Origin: Takakia lepidozioides
Taxonomy: Eukaryota > Plantae > Bryophyta
Direction: 5' to 3'
DNA length: 47,000 bases
Assembly: GCA_030704615.1 (NCBI GenBank)
Contig: JAKLZA010000024.1
Location: 1 to 47,000, forward strand
The notes beneath the pieces are model-generated. The model was not told where the DNA came from, did no database searches, and saw nothing but the letters and a program-made list of their open reading frames with translations. The position numbers and the translations under genes were made by a program. Position 1 is the stretch's first letter. Each line of letters opens with the position of its first letter. Of the stretch, positions 24,813-36,770 are shown in pieces.

Positions 24813-25069
24813 CAGTGTTTTCTTTTTTTTTTTCCAAAATCGCAGCAGGGCCACCTGTGAATTTTACCCGTGCCCATGTGGCGAGATAATAAGATGGCAG
24901 GGTTAGAAGGGTGGTTTTCCAAGTGCCACGTTGTAAATGGTCCACGTCGGCAAAATTAGGCTCCTGATATTACTCCTGGTCTCAGATTTGGCGAAATTCT
25001 TTTTAAATACACCCGATTTTCCAGGTCGAAATCTAACGAATTTTTGCCATAGAAAAAAAAAAAACACTG
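24813..25069. mobile_element. hAT-like MITE
   Basis: TIR CAGTGTTTT...AAAACACTG. Left flank GACTTGAT, right flank ACTTGAT: a 7-bp match, or an 8-bp TSD if one G was lost in GG. A similar 5' end occurs at 26462. Confidence 0.7.
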
Positions 25070-25473
25070 ACTTGATTGTCCCCATGATAGATCCTCTATT
25101 GGTGGATCCTGTGAGATTGCATTGAAAGAGTATATACTAGAAGTAGATAACCTAGCTACAAACTATAATATAGGAATAGTCCAACAAATAGGAAGCTTGA
25201 GCCCAATTTTTTATTACATCCTTGAAAAGCCAAATGACTAGTACATGTTAGATTGGATATGTCAAACAAATGATGGTAACTAAAGAACATGGTTTGTTTT
25301 AATTGCGATTATGGAAGGGGGGTTGGTAGAACGTGAGCACACCGGTGAGCATAGGAAAATGGAGGCATGAGCACAAAAATACGGCAATAATTTCCACAGA
25401 AACATATTACACGTGAATATGGTTCCTACACACTAAATAGGGTTTTTGTGCCTATTTTTGTCCTTATTTTTGT

Positions 25474-25493
25474 CCCTAAACCCTAAACCCTAA
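25474..25493. repeat. Interstitial plant telomeric repeat (CCCTAAA)~3
   Basis: CCCTAAACCCTAAACCCTAA inside the MULE. Confidence 0.8.
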
Positions 25494-25667
25494 TGTGAAA
25501 TCATAATGTATATCTATAAGTTCCAATTTCCAAATATTTACAGCTTTGGTATCCCACAAAGAAATAACATTAGGGAAAAACAAAGTCACAATAACCAACA
25601 CCATCCAAAACACACAAATACCAAATCATAATTGAACAATTTAATATAATGAGGCAAACAACGGGTG

Positions 25668-25814
25668 CGCCAGCGAAATAAATCTAGGTATCGGGTTTCG
25701 TCAGCGAAATAAATCAAGGTATCGAGTTTGATCGTCAGCGAAATAATCAAAGTATCGGGTTTCGCCAGCAATAAATCAAGGTATCGGGTTTCGCCAGTGA
25801 AATTTCAAGGTATC
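25668..25814. repeat. Tandem repeat, ~30-bp unit x5
   Basis: Five diverged head-to-tail copies of CGYCAGCGAAATAAATCAAGGTATCGGGTTT with no unique spacers. Confidence 0.9.
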
Positions 25815-26789
25815 ATTGTGTAGGTCATTATCCAATGGATTCGTGGGCAAAACAAAATGAGTTGTGTTTGGTTTTGCATATAAGGGACGACGTGAGGTTG
25901 TTTTATTTTGCTACCGAATTGTTACGTGCTTATTGCAGTAGGTCATTACCCACGCTTTTGTGGGTGAAACAGAATGAATTGTTGTCTAGTTTTGCATATT
26001 ACTGATTGCTACGAGTGTCAACTACACATGATTAAATATGCAACTATTAATCAATGAAAAGTGTTGATGGAGATGGCACTGACGGGAAATTACTTATGCC
26101 CCAACTTTGTGTGGCTTGTGCTCACGTGAGCACAAATTTCACATTTTAGTTTCGCTTTTTGCAAGCATTTTTTAAGAATATTCTTGGAGTATGTGACATA
26201 TCCTCCTCTGCTCATGTGAGCATGCGCTACCCAACCTCTTATGGAAGTAGTAAGTACCAGATGCATTGTTTTCTCTTGATCCACTGCAACAAATATACAT
26301 GCTGAAAGTACTACCATATTAGGGGGTGAAGGTACTATGGAAGTGTACATGAAGGCCCTAGGTTGCACTACAAAAATCAAAGAGGAACCACTCAATAAAC
26401 ATATACATTTATCCAAAATATATAATGTTTAAATCTGATAGGATGAAGTCTAGGTAGTAACCAGTGTTTTTTTTTCTGAAATTTGGAAAAAAGCTCGAGT
26501 GGCTACAGAGTTTTCCAAAAAGTAGCCATACATTCTGTTCATCCATTGACATTAGGACAGAATCGTCCACTTCCGTACTTTACTCCAATTACATCATCCA
26601 TATTTGGCGAATTCATCCATAATTTATTTTTTATTTGGAGAAGTTTGGCGATTTCATCCATGAAAAAGAGGGAATCTGCAACAGATATTCCATTTATTTT
26701 CTGAGGTCCAATTTGCTCGTAGTAACAGATATGCCACACATGAATAACTTTTGGCATATCTGTGCTGAGTAATTGGTTTTTATAATTTT

Positions 26790-27000
26790 CTTAAGAATGA
26801 AACCGGGAGCGATTACCCACAATTTACACCCCTTGAGGAGGGGGGAAAATCAACCCTCTTTCATTTATGGGCCATGAGACACAAGTCGAACAATGCCCAC
26901 GCAAACCGCCATGAATAATCCACACACAGTGCAAGGCAGCAGGTTTGACCCCAAACCACCAGGATGACATACTCTCCACTTACCAGCTAAGCTACCACGC
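26790..27000 (-). mobile_element. tRNA-derived SINE
   Basis: On the minus strand: GCGTGGTAGCTTAGCTGGTAAG (A box) ... GGGGTCAAACCT (degenerate B box). The internal GGGAAAATCAACCCTCTTT resembles AGGGAAAGTAAACCCCCTTT in the 16.6-kb copy. Confidence 0.65.
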
Positions 27001-28074
27001 GATGTACAAGGTTTCAAACCTTTTCATTGCCTCTATACGGAGATGATAGATGCCTCAGATGCTGGTTCCATCCATACAAACAAAAATAGAAGCAAAGGAT
27101 GTGAGCAGCTCAACCCTGATAAGGGACTTTAAGTTGGGTGAAAATTGCCATCTTTGCTTCATGGGTTTTTGTCTTTGTGTTTTTTACTTTACTAAATGGG
27201 AAGGAGGCCCTGTAACTAATAGTAAAAGGAGATAAGTCCGAGTAACAATTGACCACAATGTGATTGGTAAGAGAAATCAAACAAAACTAAAAAAGGATGG
27301 GCGTATAAATGTCACAGGCTAGGTGTGAGTGAGTGAGTGAGTGCAATAGTGCACGAAACAAAACAACACACGTCTTGTTGAAGACAGTGAGGTTCACAGG
27401 TTGCTACTTAGCTGCCGGGCTGGAAGATGGTGGTGGTGGTGGTGGAGGATCTTCAGGTGTAGGTGCGTTGCTGTTTGTACTGCATTGAGGAGAAGTGCGG
27501 GGGTAATCTGTCTGATGCATGCAGAGCCGAGGAGAAGGATCAAGTCATTCAAGTGTGGCGGAGTGAGGCGGAGAGATTGCTCCCAACTCGGTGATGGCTG
27601 CCCGTCGTCAGCCTGCTCCTGCACCTGGTGGTGGGTCTTTCCCCTCCCGCTGTCAGCTTGGACTGGGTTGCTGAGCTCCGATGCTGCCCTTGCGATGGAC
27701 CTACCACGGGAATCTGAAACCGTAGGCTGGGATTGAGAAACCGCATTGTGTGTAGACAGTTTGATCCCGGTTGCACGGTTCAGGCTGTTGTTGTGTGCGG
27801 AAGCTAGCGACGATGTGTTGGTGCTGGATGGTCATTGTGTTTGATCTGATGTGAGCAAAGGGGCATAATCCATCTGGTTCTGTTGTGGGTCTGTCTGCTG
27901 GCTTATTGTAGCCTCGAGACTAACGGCGACAATGCCCATAGCCGGGGGCACGACTGCAGGGCTTAAGATAAAGCTGAAGCCGACTGGAGTAGCGAAGCTT
28001 GCAAAGGGAAGCCAACGCCAGAGAGTGGCGAGGAGGGCCCTGAGGCTGCAGACAGTGCGGCAAATAAAGGGGGA

Positions 28075-31000
28075 ATGCTGAAGCGGAAACGCACTTCTCC
28101 TCCTGTGTCGCCTGCTCCCAGCAAAAGACCGTCAAGAGAAGACTCTCCCATTCCCTTGGCAGCGAATGGCGAACCTGTGGAGGTTGTCCCTGGCAAGAGT
28201 GAATCTTTGGCCGTAGATCACCAAGTGGTCAAGCAACGGGTAGGCCAGCCCCATGCGTCAGTGGCAGCAGTGTCCATGCAGCAGGCAGTACTAGGAGGGG
28301 TTGAAAGAGAGAGTGAGGAGTCGAAAAAGTCGACACCCAGTATCGAGAACATATCGCATGGGCAGCTGCAGGTGAACTCAGTTACAGCCGGAGGCCAGCA
28401 AGGAGCTTCTCCCTCCACAAGAAAACGAGCTGGTGCCGATCCTTTAGGGTTTGCAGCGAACAGTCCTCTGTCAGATAAGGGGGTAGCCTCAACTTCCCAA
28501 ACTTCCTTGGCTGCGCCAAATACCAGACTGCCGGAGCCCACACAAGTTTTGCATACAATCCCCAGCCATGCAGGTGAGAACAGACTCTAATCATGAACAA
28601 GTATCTCATATGTTGTTGTCTGTTTGGGTTCCTTCATGATGAGTGCTGCCTTATGTTGTGTTGCCAGGCTGGTTTGCATGGACGAAAATACACACGCTGG
28701 AGCGCCGAGGGTTGCCAGAGTTCTTCAATGGAAAATCCAAGACAAAGACACCAGAAATTTACTTGGAGTACAGGAATGCGATACTACGAAAGTATAGGGA
28801 TGACCCACAACAGTTGCTAACCATTGCAGACATGCAAGGGCAGCTTAGCGGTGAAGAGAAAGGAGTACAGCGCATCATAGAATTCTTGGACCACTGGGTC
28901 TCTCATAAATTACCAGGTGCCTGCAGATTGGCTTCCTGTGTGGAAAGGCCGGTCTCCTAGTGTAGAGGAGGATGTGTCAGGCATGCTGCGAGCTGTGCCA
29001 CAAACTGGAGCGAGCTTGTACCAGTTTGATGCACCTCGTGCCCCTGTGCCCAGGCATAGCACTGTCAACCCCCAGTCAATAGATAATATTATCTCAGAAG
29101 TTCTTGCCGAGCCTGATGGATCTTCAGTTGAGTATCACTGCAATTCCTGCTCTGCTGACTGCTCCAAGCAACGTTATCATTGCCAGAAGCAGGTCTGTTC
29201 CCAACTTACCTCATTATCACCAAATTAGGGTTAGGTCGAAATTTGGGTATGAAGATGTGTGATGTTGCCAGTTTTGCAAAGCATTGTTGCAAACATGCCT
29301 CAATGGCACATTTATGTTATGCTGTCTGTGCTCATGGACTGGTCACCTTTTGTCATTTAGGGGACGGCATACTGACCTGCTTGGAAGAGTTGAACAGAGT
29401 AACCCAGTGAGTGCACAGTAGTTAGGGCCTTCTGGAGAGCCGCTCCTTTGACCTAGGTGTGGATTTTTTTGATCTCTGCCCAGACTGTTACAACGATGGG
29501 AAGTTTGGGCCCGACATGGTGTCTACAGATTTCATGAGGATGGATGCTTTTACAGAGGCAGCCAATGCAAATGGTGGGGGTTGGACAGACCAGGAAACCC
29601 TACTGCTGCTGGAGGCACTGGAGATTTATGGTGACAACTGGAATGAAATTGCAGAGCATGTGGCTACCAAATCCAAGTCTCAGTGCATTCTGCATTTTAT
29701 CCGTCTGCCCGTTGAGGACCCTTTCTTGGAAGAGATGGAGACTCCTGGCACTGCACTCACTGCCCCCTCTTCACCTCCAAAACAACTACGGCCAGCCTTT
29801 TGCAAGGAGAGCATAAGGTGGAGTCCTCGTTAGATAAGAGCTCTGTCACAGACAAGGGGAAGGAACTCAGTGGCAAGGTTGCTGCTGAGGCTACCAACGG
29901 AGTATCCGCATCACACAGTCCTGTACCATTCGCAGATGCTGGCAACCCCCCGTTATGGCCCAGGTGTGTATTGGAGTCATAAATTTGCTGTGGATGTTTC
30001 ACCCTTGTATACTTTCCTTTCCTGATGGGTAGTGTACTCACGAGCTTCCTAGATAGCCACTTCATCAGGTACAGGACATTGGTTTTACATAACTTTGCTA
30101 GTTGTTTGGCATACTCTGAAATGCTCGTGGGGATACCCCAAACTTGCTTGTTTGATCAGGTGTCTGTTGAGTTTTGTAGGTTGCATTTCTTGCCGCTATG
30201 GTTGGGCCCGTGTAGCTGCAGCTGCAGCACAGGCCAGCATTGGCAGTGCTGTCAGATAAGATCCTGCACCTCGCCTGGCCGCAGGCTGCAATCACTTTGG
30301 ATGTCTCAGGTCGAAGCCAACTCACAAAGTGGTTTTCCTGACAGGTTTTTAGCCTATCACCTCTTACTGCTGAGCTCGATCATATCATTAGCTTTACCAT
30401 GCAGCACAGCCGTAAATATGGGAGTTTTTTAACCTATTCCTCGGTCCAGCTTTTGCTCCCACTAGCTTTGAAAGGGATGGCTTCCTGTTGGGTCCCGAGT
30501 GCTAAGATGGCATTGATTCTGCCATGAAGTGTTTTTGCCACCCAAACAAGTTGTTGGAAGTTTTTTGACCTGTCCAAGTTAATTAGTACCAGGGGACATT
30601 CAGCTAGGGACTTTGTAGTCCTCAACTAGACCCAAACAGTATGGTCCTTCTACATGTGGTCCATGTTATATTGAAACAGAATTCTCAAGCACGGAATGTC
30701 TGAAAGTCAATGATCCAGTTCATTGCACCAGTTCACTTGTTGTGTTGGACCTGTTCATGGCTCAATGAGTTGCAATCTGGGCTTAGATTGCCAGCTATGT
30801 AAGCTGGTGTTAGATATGTTTCCTTGTGTGTATCTTTGATCCATTGGTTGGTGACTTTGTTGCACACATATGTAAGGCAAGTTCCAACTGGTTGCGATGT
30901 TGAAGTTGGCAGGGTAGTCCAATCAAATGCGGAGTTGCAAAGTGGGGTTGAGGCCCCAAGCTAGGCAGTGGTGAATCTGCTTCGGCAGGGATGACGTTGC

Positions 31001-31956
31001 CTGCGTCAGACACTGATGCAGCTTCGAAGAAAGATGTGGAGGTTACGGGTGGAGAGGGAAACTCTGGTAATTCTTGAACCTATAACCAGCTTTTGACCGA
31101 GCACTTGTCAATGTAAGGCCTGAGGAAATGTGGTTGTGATTGACCTTCCTCCCTAAGCAGGGGTTTAGATGGCACTTGCAGGTAGGATGGTGCTCAGAGG
31201 TTGGAGGACCGCAGTTTGACATGCAGAGGACCCCTTGGTTCAACCCGTGTGAAGCAGGCGGCAGCCGCTGCATTAGCAGCTGCTGCTGTGAAGGCGAAAC
31301 TGCTGGCTGATCGGGGCGTGAGATGCAGCGTCTGGTCACAACAGTCATTGAGCACCAGGTCTTGACACTTCTTGCACTGCACTGCAGTGTGTATTGATTG
31401 TTTACCAAAATGGGTTTTACTCCCAAGAGTTGAGCTGGATTTTGTTAAGGTGAGTTGTTGAGAGCACGAGTCACTGCAGTTTTGTTCAATGGAAGCCTTC
31501 AGTTCTCACAGTAACTGTGGCCCATATGCTGGGAATGTGGCAGTTTAAAAAGCTGGAGCTGAAATTAAAGACCTGTAACGACTTGGAGATGATGCTGGCA
31601 AAGGAGTGTGAGCAAGTGGAACGTGCAAGGCAGAAAGTGTATGCAGAGCATGCACGCATGGCTGCGTCACGACTTGGCACAGCTTCTAGTAGTGCCTTGC
31701 CAGGGCAGGGCCCCAGTAGCTGCACCTAGGCTGTGTTCACCTTTGGACCAGGTGGGGTGCCACACCTGTGTCTGCGTCTCTTCCCGGCATAGGCAGAGGT
31801 TCTACTGGGGCATCCTCAGTACTAGTATGCCGATGCTTCACCTGCTAGTCAATTAACGTCATCTCAGGTCTTCCTAGATCAGGCACTCCGACACTACCTC
31901 AAGGGTTTTCAAGGTCTGTTATAGGAGGCGGCATTTCAGGCATTGCACCACAGTAA
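28075..31956 (+). CDS. SWI3D: SWI/SNF chromatin-remodelling subunit SWI3D-like (SWIRM, ZZ zinc finger, SANT, coiled coil)
   Basis: IPSHA|GWFAWTKIHTLERRGLPEFFNGKS...FLDHW (SWIRM), EYHCNSCSADCSKQRYHCQKQ|..DLCPDCY (ZZ), WTDQETLLLLEALEIYGDNWNEIAEHVATKSKSQCILHFIRLP (SANT), PFADAGNP, AALAAAAVKAKLLAD and KKLELKL. The ZZ domain points to the SWI3D clade. The stop is approximate. Confidence 0.93.
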
Positions 31957-34478
31957 GATCTGGTCTTTTGATCTATGGGAGCTATGCAGCGGGAACCAAA
32001 GACAGTAAAGTCTGGGGGGCTGCTCAAAAGGAAATTCTTTTACTTTGTAACAATGATGATATTTAGTTCATGTCAATATGTCTTCTATAGAGGCTTTACT
32101 GGAGCTACAATCCCAATCGTCGTCCAAGAGTTTTGTAATGAAAGGTATTGAAAGGTCACCTATGAGGAGGTTTTCTATTCCCTTAAGAAAACATTCCACT
32201 TTTGTAGAGTTCTGTCATGGATTCTATTTGTCTGTATCAGTAAATGTTTGATCGCAATAGTTGGGCCTTTCCCTTCAGCAGGCAAGTTCATCATGCCTGT
32301 TGAACACCCTCCTTGTTATATATGCCATAAGCTCCAGAGTCTGGTGCCTTACACACTCTGGAATGGCCCCTCCTAAGCTGGGGTTGTCCAGTTTAGGAGA
32401 ATGCTTCGAGCGGAGGGCGTTCTGCTATTTGAGGGGCCTGAACCGAGCTTGGAGTATAGATGTGCATGGGATTGGATGGCCAGCCTACACACACACCAAT
32501 GCACAATATTGCATGGTCAGCAATTTGTCATGGGAAATGGAATATCACTCACTGGAGTCGCATGCTGAGCAAAAGTAGACTCATCCTAAACATTGCACTG
32601 CACAAGCGGAAGAAACATCACGAGCATGTAGGATAGCCAAGCAGCAAGCAAAAGGATCCTCATCTGCGCAACTTATGTAAATATTATACGCCGTTACTAT
32701 CGGAAGAAATAGCATAACTATGAGGTGCGAGAGGTGGAAACTGGAAACCCTACACAAAGTGCGATCTTTTCTCTACTTGAAAGATTCAGCATATTGAATG
32801 ACTTCCCCGGATACGGAATATCCTGCAATGCTCCAAGAAAAACGTGGCACCGGTGGAAAACTACTTCGGGAAAGTCCTCTCCCATGGAACTATGTAACAG
32901 TTACTATTCTCAAACCCATACTCCCGTTTGATCGGAACTACGGCACTCCCCAATTCAGAATTTCAGCCTTGTCAGAAGCCTTGTGTGATCTTTACTTATA
33001 GGTTTAATTGCTGCAAGGGCCCAGCTAGATGGTCCCATCATACCTGGAAAAACTACACAAGATCTTCAATCTATGCCTACCAGATGCTCGTCAAAGGGGA
33101 ATGTTAATATCCAGGTGATTCTAACACAGACAGGTTGACAGGATATATACGAACACTCTTTCGTCTTCACTCCCATGCACTTGGTCCTCGTAGTCTCGGA
33201 CCTAGCATATGTCTGAACACGTCATTTCGAGAGGCTGAAAACTTGTAACACCATGCCATCGAACTATGCTCCTAAACAGAAGGAAGAGCAAGTTGTCCTT
33301 CCACTGTGCTACCACACTTCAGAAATGGGATGATTTTACAATCATAAGAATGGATCCAGGTAACACTGGCTACGACCAAGTCTTGAAGCAATAACAGGAG
33401 AGCAGTCTCCCGTATGACAAACCAGGGAAAGGACCGCTACCGAGGCCAAAATCAATTTTGATGCAGAAACCCACGTTGCAAAGCAAGTTGGTAATGTCTT
33501 CGGCTAAGCTTGCAAGCGATAGTCAACAAACCAGGTGTGTTAGGAGAGACAAGAAGGAAAGCCACCAGAAAATACTCTTTCTTAACCTCCTGTAGATTGA
33601 GGAGAAAACTGGCTACGCAGGTAAAGACCAAAAGATCACGAGATGAGACGCTCAAGCCTGCTTATTCTGCCAGGGAGCTGACCTACTTACCTGTGAGAAA
33701 AGAGAGCAGCACTGTTTCCTCTAAGCTTTGGTCAAGACAATGCGATGCAAGGCTCCAAACACCCGATCGGTGGGCATTCTGTTTTCGAAGGTCACGATAT
33801 ACAGAAAGGGAAAATTAGGGCAGGCCTTTACGCTATTTGAGGGCCGGAGCCGAGTTTGGCTTCCCGAGATATTCACCTCTTGCTTTGTAAATCTGGGAGG
33901 AGGGATCGAGGTTGTTCATGATCTTGCTGTGCCACACATCTCTGCAGCTGTGCATCTGGGCAACATCTGGGCAAAAAAGAACTGAAAGGTATATGAAGCA
34001 CTGCCAGGGGACATGTATCCCACCATCACATTCGATGCAGAGGTGCAAAAGTGGCCACACTGGACATTGTATAAAGAAGGTGCTCAGATCAGTGTGTCAT
34101 TCAATCTAAAGAAGCATGATGGATGATTCCATGCCCTCTTCGAAAGGGTAGTCGCACCTCGCACCTCGAATGTCATGTGTGATTTTGGGAGAATATAAAA
34201 CAGGGGTGGACACAAACGGAAAACCCGCAGATGGCCAGCACAAACTGAAACGTCTCAGTGCGCAGATCTGCTTTCTGCAGATCTAGGAGGTTGCGATCGT
34301 TGTAATGTGCTTGCGGAGAAAAATCTGGATTGTTGGGTAAGCTCGCAGTCTCTGCACCTTCTCTCCCTGTAGTGCGAAACCCAACTTAATAGTCGGAAAC
34401 TTGTAGCTGGTCCCTTGACTGTATGGCATTGGAGGGGCTGTAGGGTTAAGCATTGATCTTACTGCGGCTGTTTTGCAG

Positions 34479-36770
34479 GTCCTGGGGTCTCAGGTCTGCA
34501 GTCACACACGGGCATTTGGTGGGAATCAGAGAAGTGGCAAGGGTTTGAGGCTTGGAACGGCCACCATTGCCACTGCTTGTAGTGGCGAGCGGGAAACAGC
34601 TCCGAAAAGGGAAGGGAGCCACCAGGCGATTTCTAGGAGTAGAGTGGATGTGAGCACAGTGTGCAAGGAGGGACGATGGACGGGCAGTGCAGCTCTTGGA
34701 TCTGATGGAGCAACGAGGCTTTTGGCATACTCCGCAACATGTGCTCGTCTCCTGCAGGGTTATGGAAAGACGAAGGCCCTGGCAGATGGAAAGCGTGTCC
34801 ATGCCCACATAATCAAAAGTGAATTTGCAGGAAACCAATTCCTGGGAAACTCGGTTGTCAGCATGTACTGCAAGTGCGGGAGTGTGGAGGATGCTCGCCA
34901 AGTGTTTGACAAAATGCCTGAACGTAATATAGTCTCATGGACTGCGATGATTGCAGGATTAGCTAAGCAAGGGCATGGCGGAAAGGCATTCGACCTGTTT
35001 TGGCAAATGCAACGAGAAGGCCTGGAGCCAACAAGGTCACATTCATGAGCATCCTGAGTGCATGTGCCAGCCCACTGGCTGGAACAAGGCAAACGGCTCC
35101 ATGCCGACATCGTTGAGGCTGGACTGGAGTCGCTGGACTTGGAGTTTAGAGGTAGAAGTGGGAAACGCCTTGTCAGCATGTATTGCAAGTGCGGGAGTGT
35201 GGTTGAGGCTCGGCAAGTGTTTGACCAGATGCCGAAGCGAGATGTGATCTCATGGAATGCGATGATTGCAGGCTTATCTCAGCAAGGGCACGGTGCAGAG
35301 GCATTGGAAGTCTTTTCAGATGCAACGAGAAGGGCGTCAGGGCAAACAACGTCACTTGCATCGGCATTCTCAATGCATGTGCTACCCCAGCAGCTCTGGA
35401 ACAAGGCAAGCGGCTCCATGCGGGCATAATCAAAGCTGGATTTGACTCGGATGTCCGAGGGGGGACTACCCTTGTCACTATGTATTGTAGGTGCGGAAGT
35501 GTGGTGGATGCACGCGGAGTATTCTTTAAGATGCCACAGCGAGATGTGGTGTCATGGAATGCGATGATTGGAGGGTGCTAACATGGTGTGAGTGGGAGGC
35601 CTTGGAACTCTTTCGGCAGATGCAACTAGAGGGAGTGAAACCAAACAAGGTCACTTTCATTAGCATCCTCGGTGCATGCGCCAGCCTAGCAGTCCTGGAA
35701 GAGGGCAGGAGGGTCCATGTCCGCATCATCGAATCTGGATGTGAGGCAGATGTCTTTGTGGGGAGTGCCCTTGTCGACATGTATTCCAAATGCGGGAGTG
35801 TGGAGGATGCGAGACAAGTGTTCGACAAAGTTTTCAAAAAAGAAGTGGTCTTGTGGAATGCGATGATTATAGGATATGCCCAGCACGGGCATGGGAAGGA
35901 GGCTCTCCAACTCTTTGGACAGATGGATCGGGAAGGAGTGAAGCCTGATGAGGTCACATTTATTGGTGTTCTCTCTGCATGCAGCCATGTGGGTTTAGTG
36001 GCTGAAGGCATATCACTTCCTATCTATGAGTCAAGATCATGGCTTGGAAACCAACTAAAAAGCACTATATGGATGCATGGTTGACCTTCTTGGTCGTGCA
36101 GGACGCCTGAATGAAGCAGAGGACTTGATGAAAAAAATGCCATTTGAACCAGATGCTCCAATGTGGGGAGCTTGCTTAGTGCCTGCAGACTCCATGGGAT
36201 ATATGCAACTAGCGGAGCGTGCTGCAGAATGTTTCTTGAGCTGGAACCAGAAGATTCTGCAGTGTATGTGCTGCTTTCAAACATCTATCTTTGGGTGGTA
36301 AATGGGATGATGTAGCAAAGGTGCGGAAAACAATGCATGAAAGAGGTGTGAAAAAGGAGTTAGGGCGCAGCTGGTTGAGGTTGAGAACAGGATACATACG
36401 TTTCTTGTAGAAGATAGATCACACCCACAAACAAAGGGTATCTATGCAGAGTTGGACAGATTGACTAGGGAGATGAAGGAGGCAGGTTATGTTCCTGACA
36501 CACGCTTTGTATTATATGAGGTGGATCAACATCAAAAAGGAATTAGCTCTCTGCCACCACAGTGAAAAGCTGGCCATTGCTTTCGGCTCATTAGCACTCC
36601 CCCTGGGACACCCATCCGTGTTATCAAGAACCTTAGAGTATGTGGTGATTGCCACACTGCAACCAAGTTCATATCCAAGATTGTTGGGCGGGAAATTGTT
36701 ACAAGGGATGCCAGCCGCTTTCATCACTTTAAGAATGGGGGTGTGTTCTTGTGGAGATTATTGGTTTTGA
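34479..36770 (+). CDS. PLS-class PPR protein with E1/E2/DYW domains (organellar C-to-U editing factor), copy 1
   Basis: L-S-P triplets ([25 protein letters not shown]), P2-L2-S2, [17 protein letters not shown] and CSCGDYWF*. Multiple 1-bp indels. A probable upstream intron at 34337-34478 leaves the start unresolved. Confidence 0.93.

Larger units (their letters stand above)
25318..26238. mobile_element. Non-autonomous Mutator-like element (MULE)
   Basis: Exact 9-bp TSD TTATGGAAG at 25309-25317 and 26239-26247. Imperfect G-starting TIRs (GGGGGTTGGTAG... / ...CTACCCAACCTC) and subterminal TGAGCA/TGCTCA motifs. Confidence 0.8.

Noticed and set aside
25668-25814. CRISPR-like array
   Set aside because: Head-to-tail repeats without unique spacers, in a eukaryotic context, with no cas genes.
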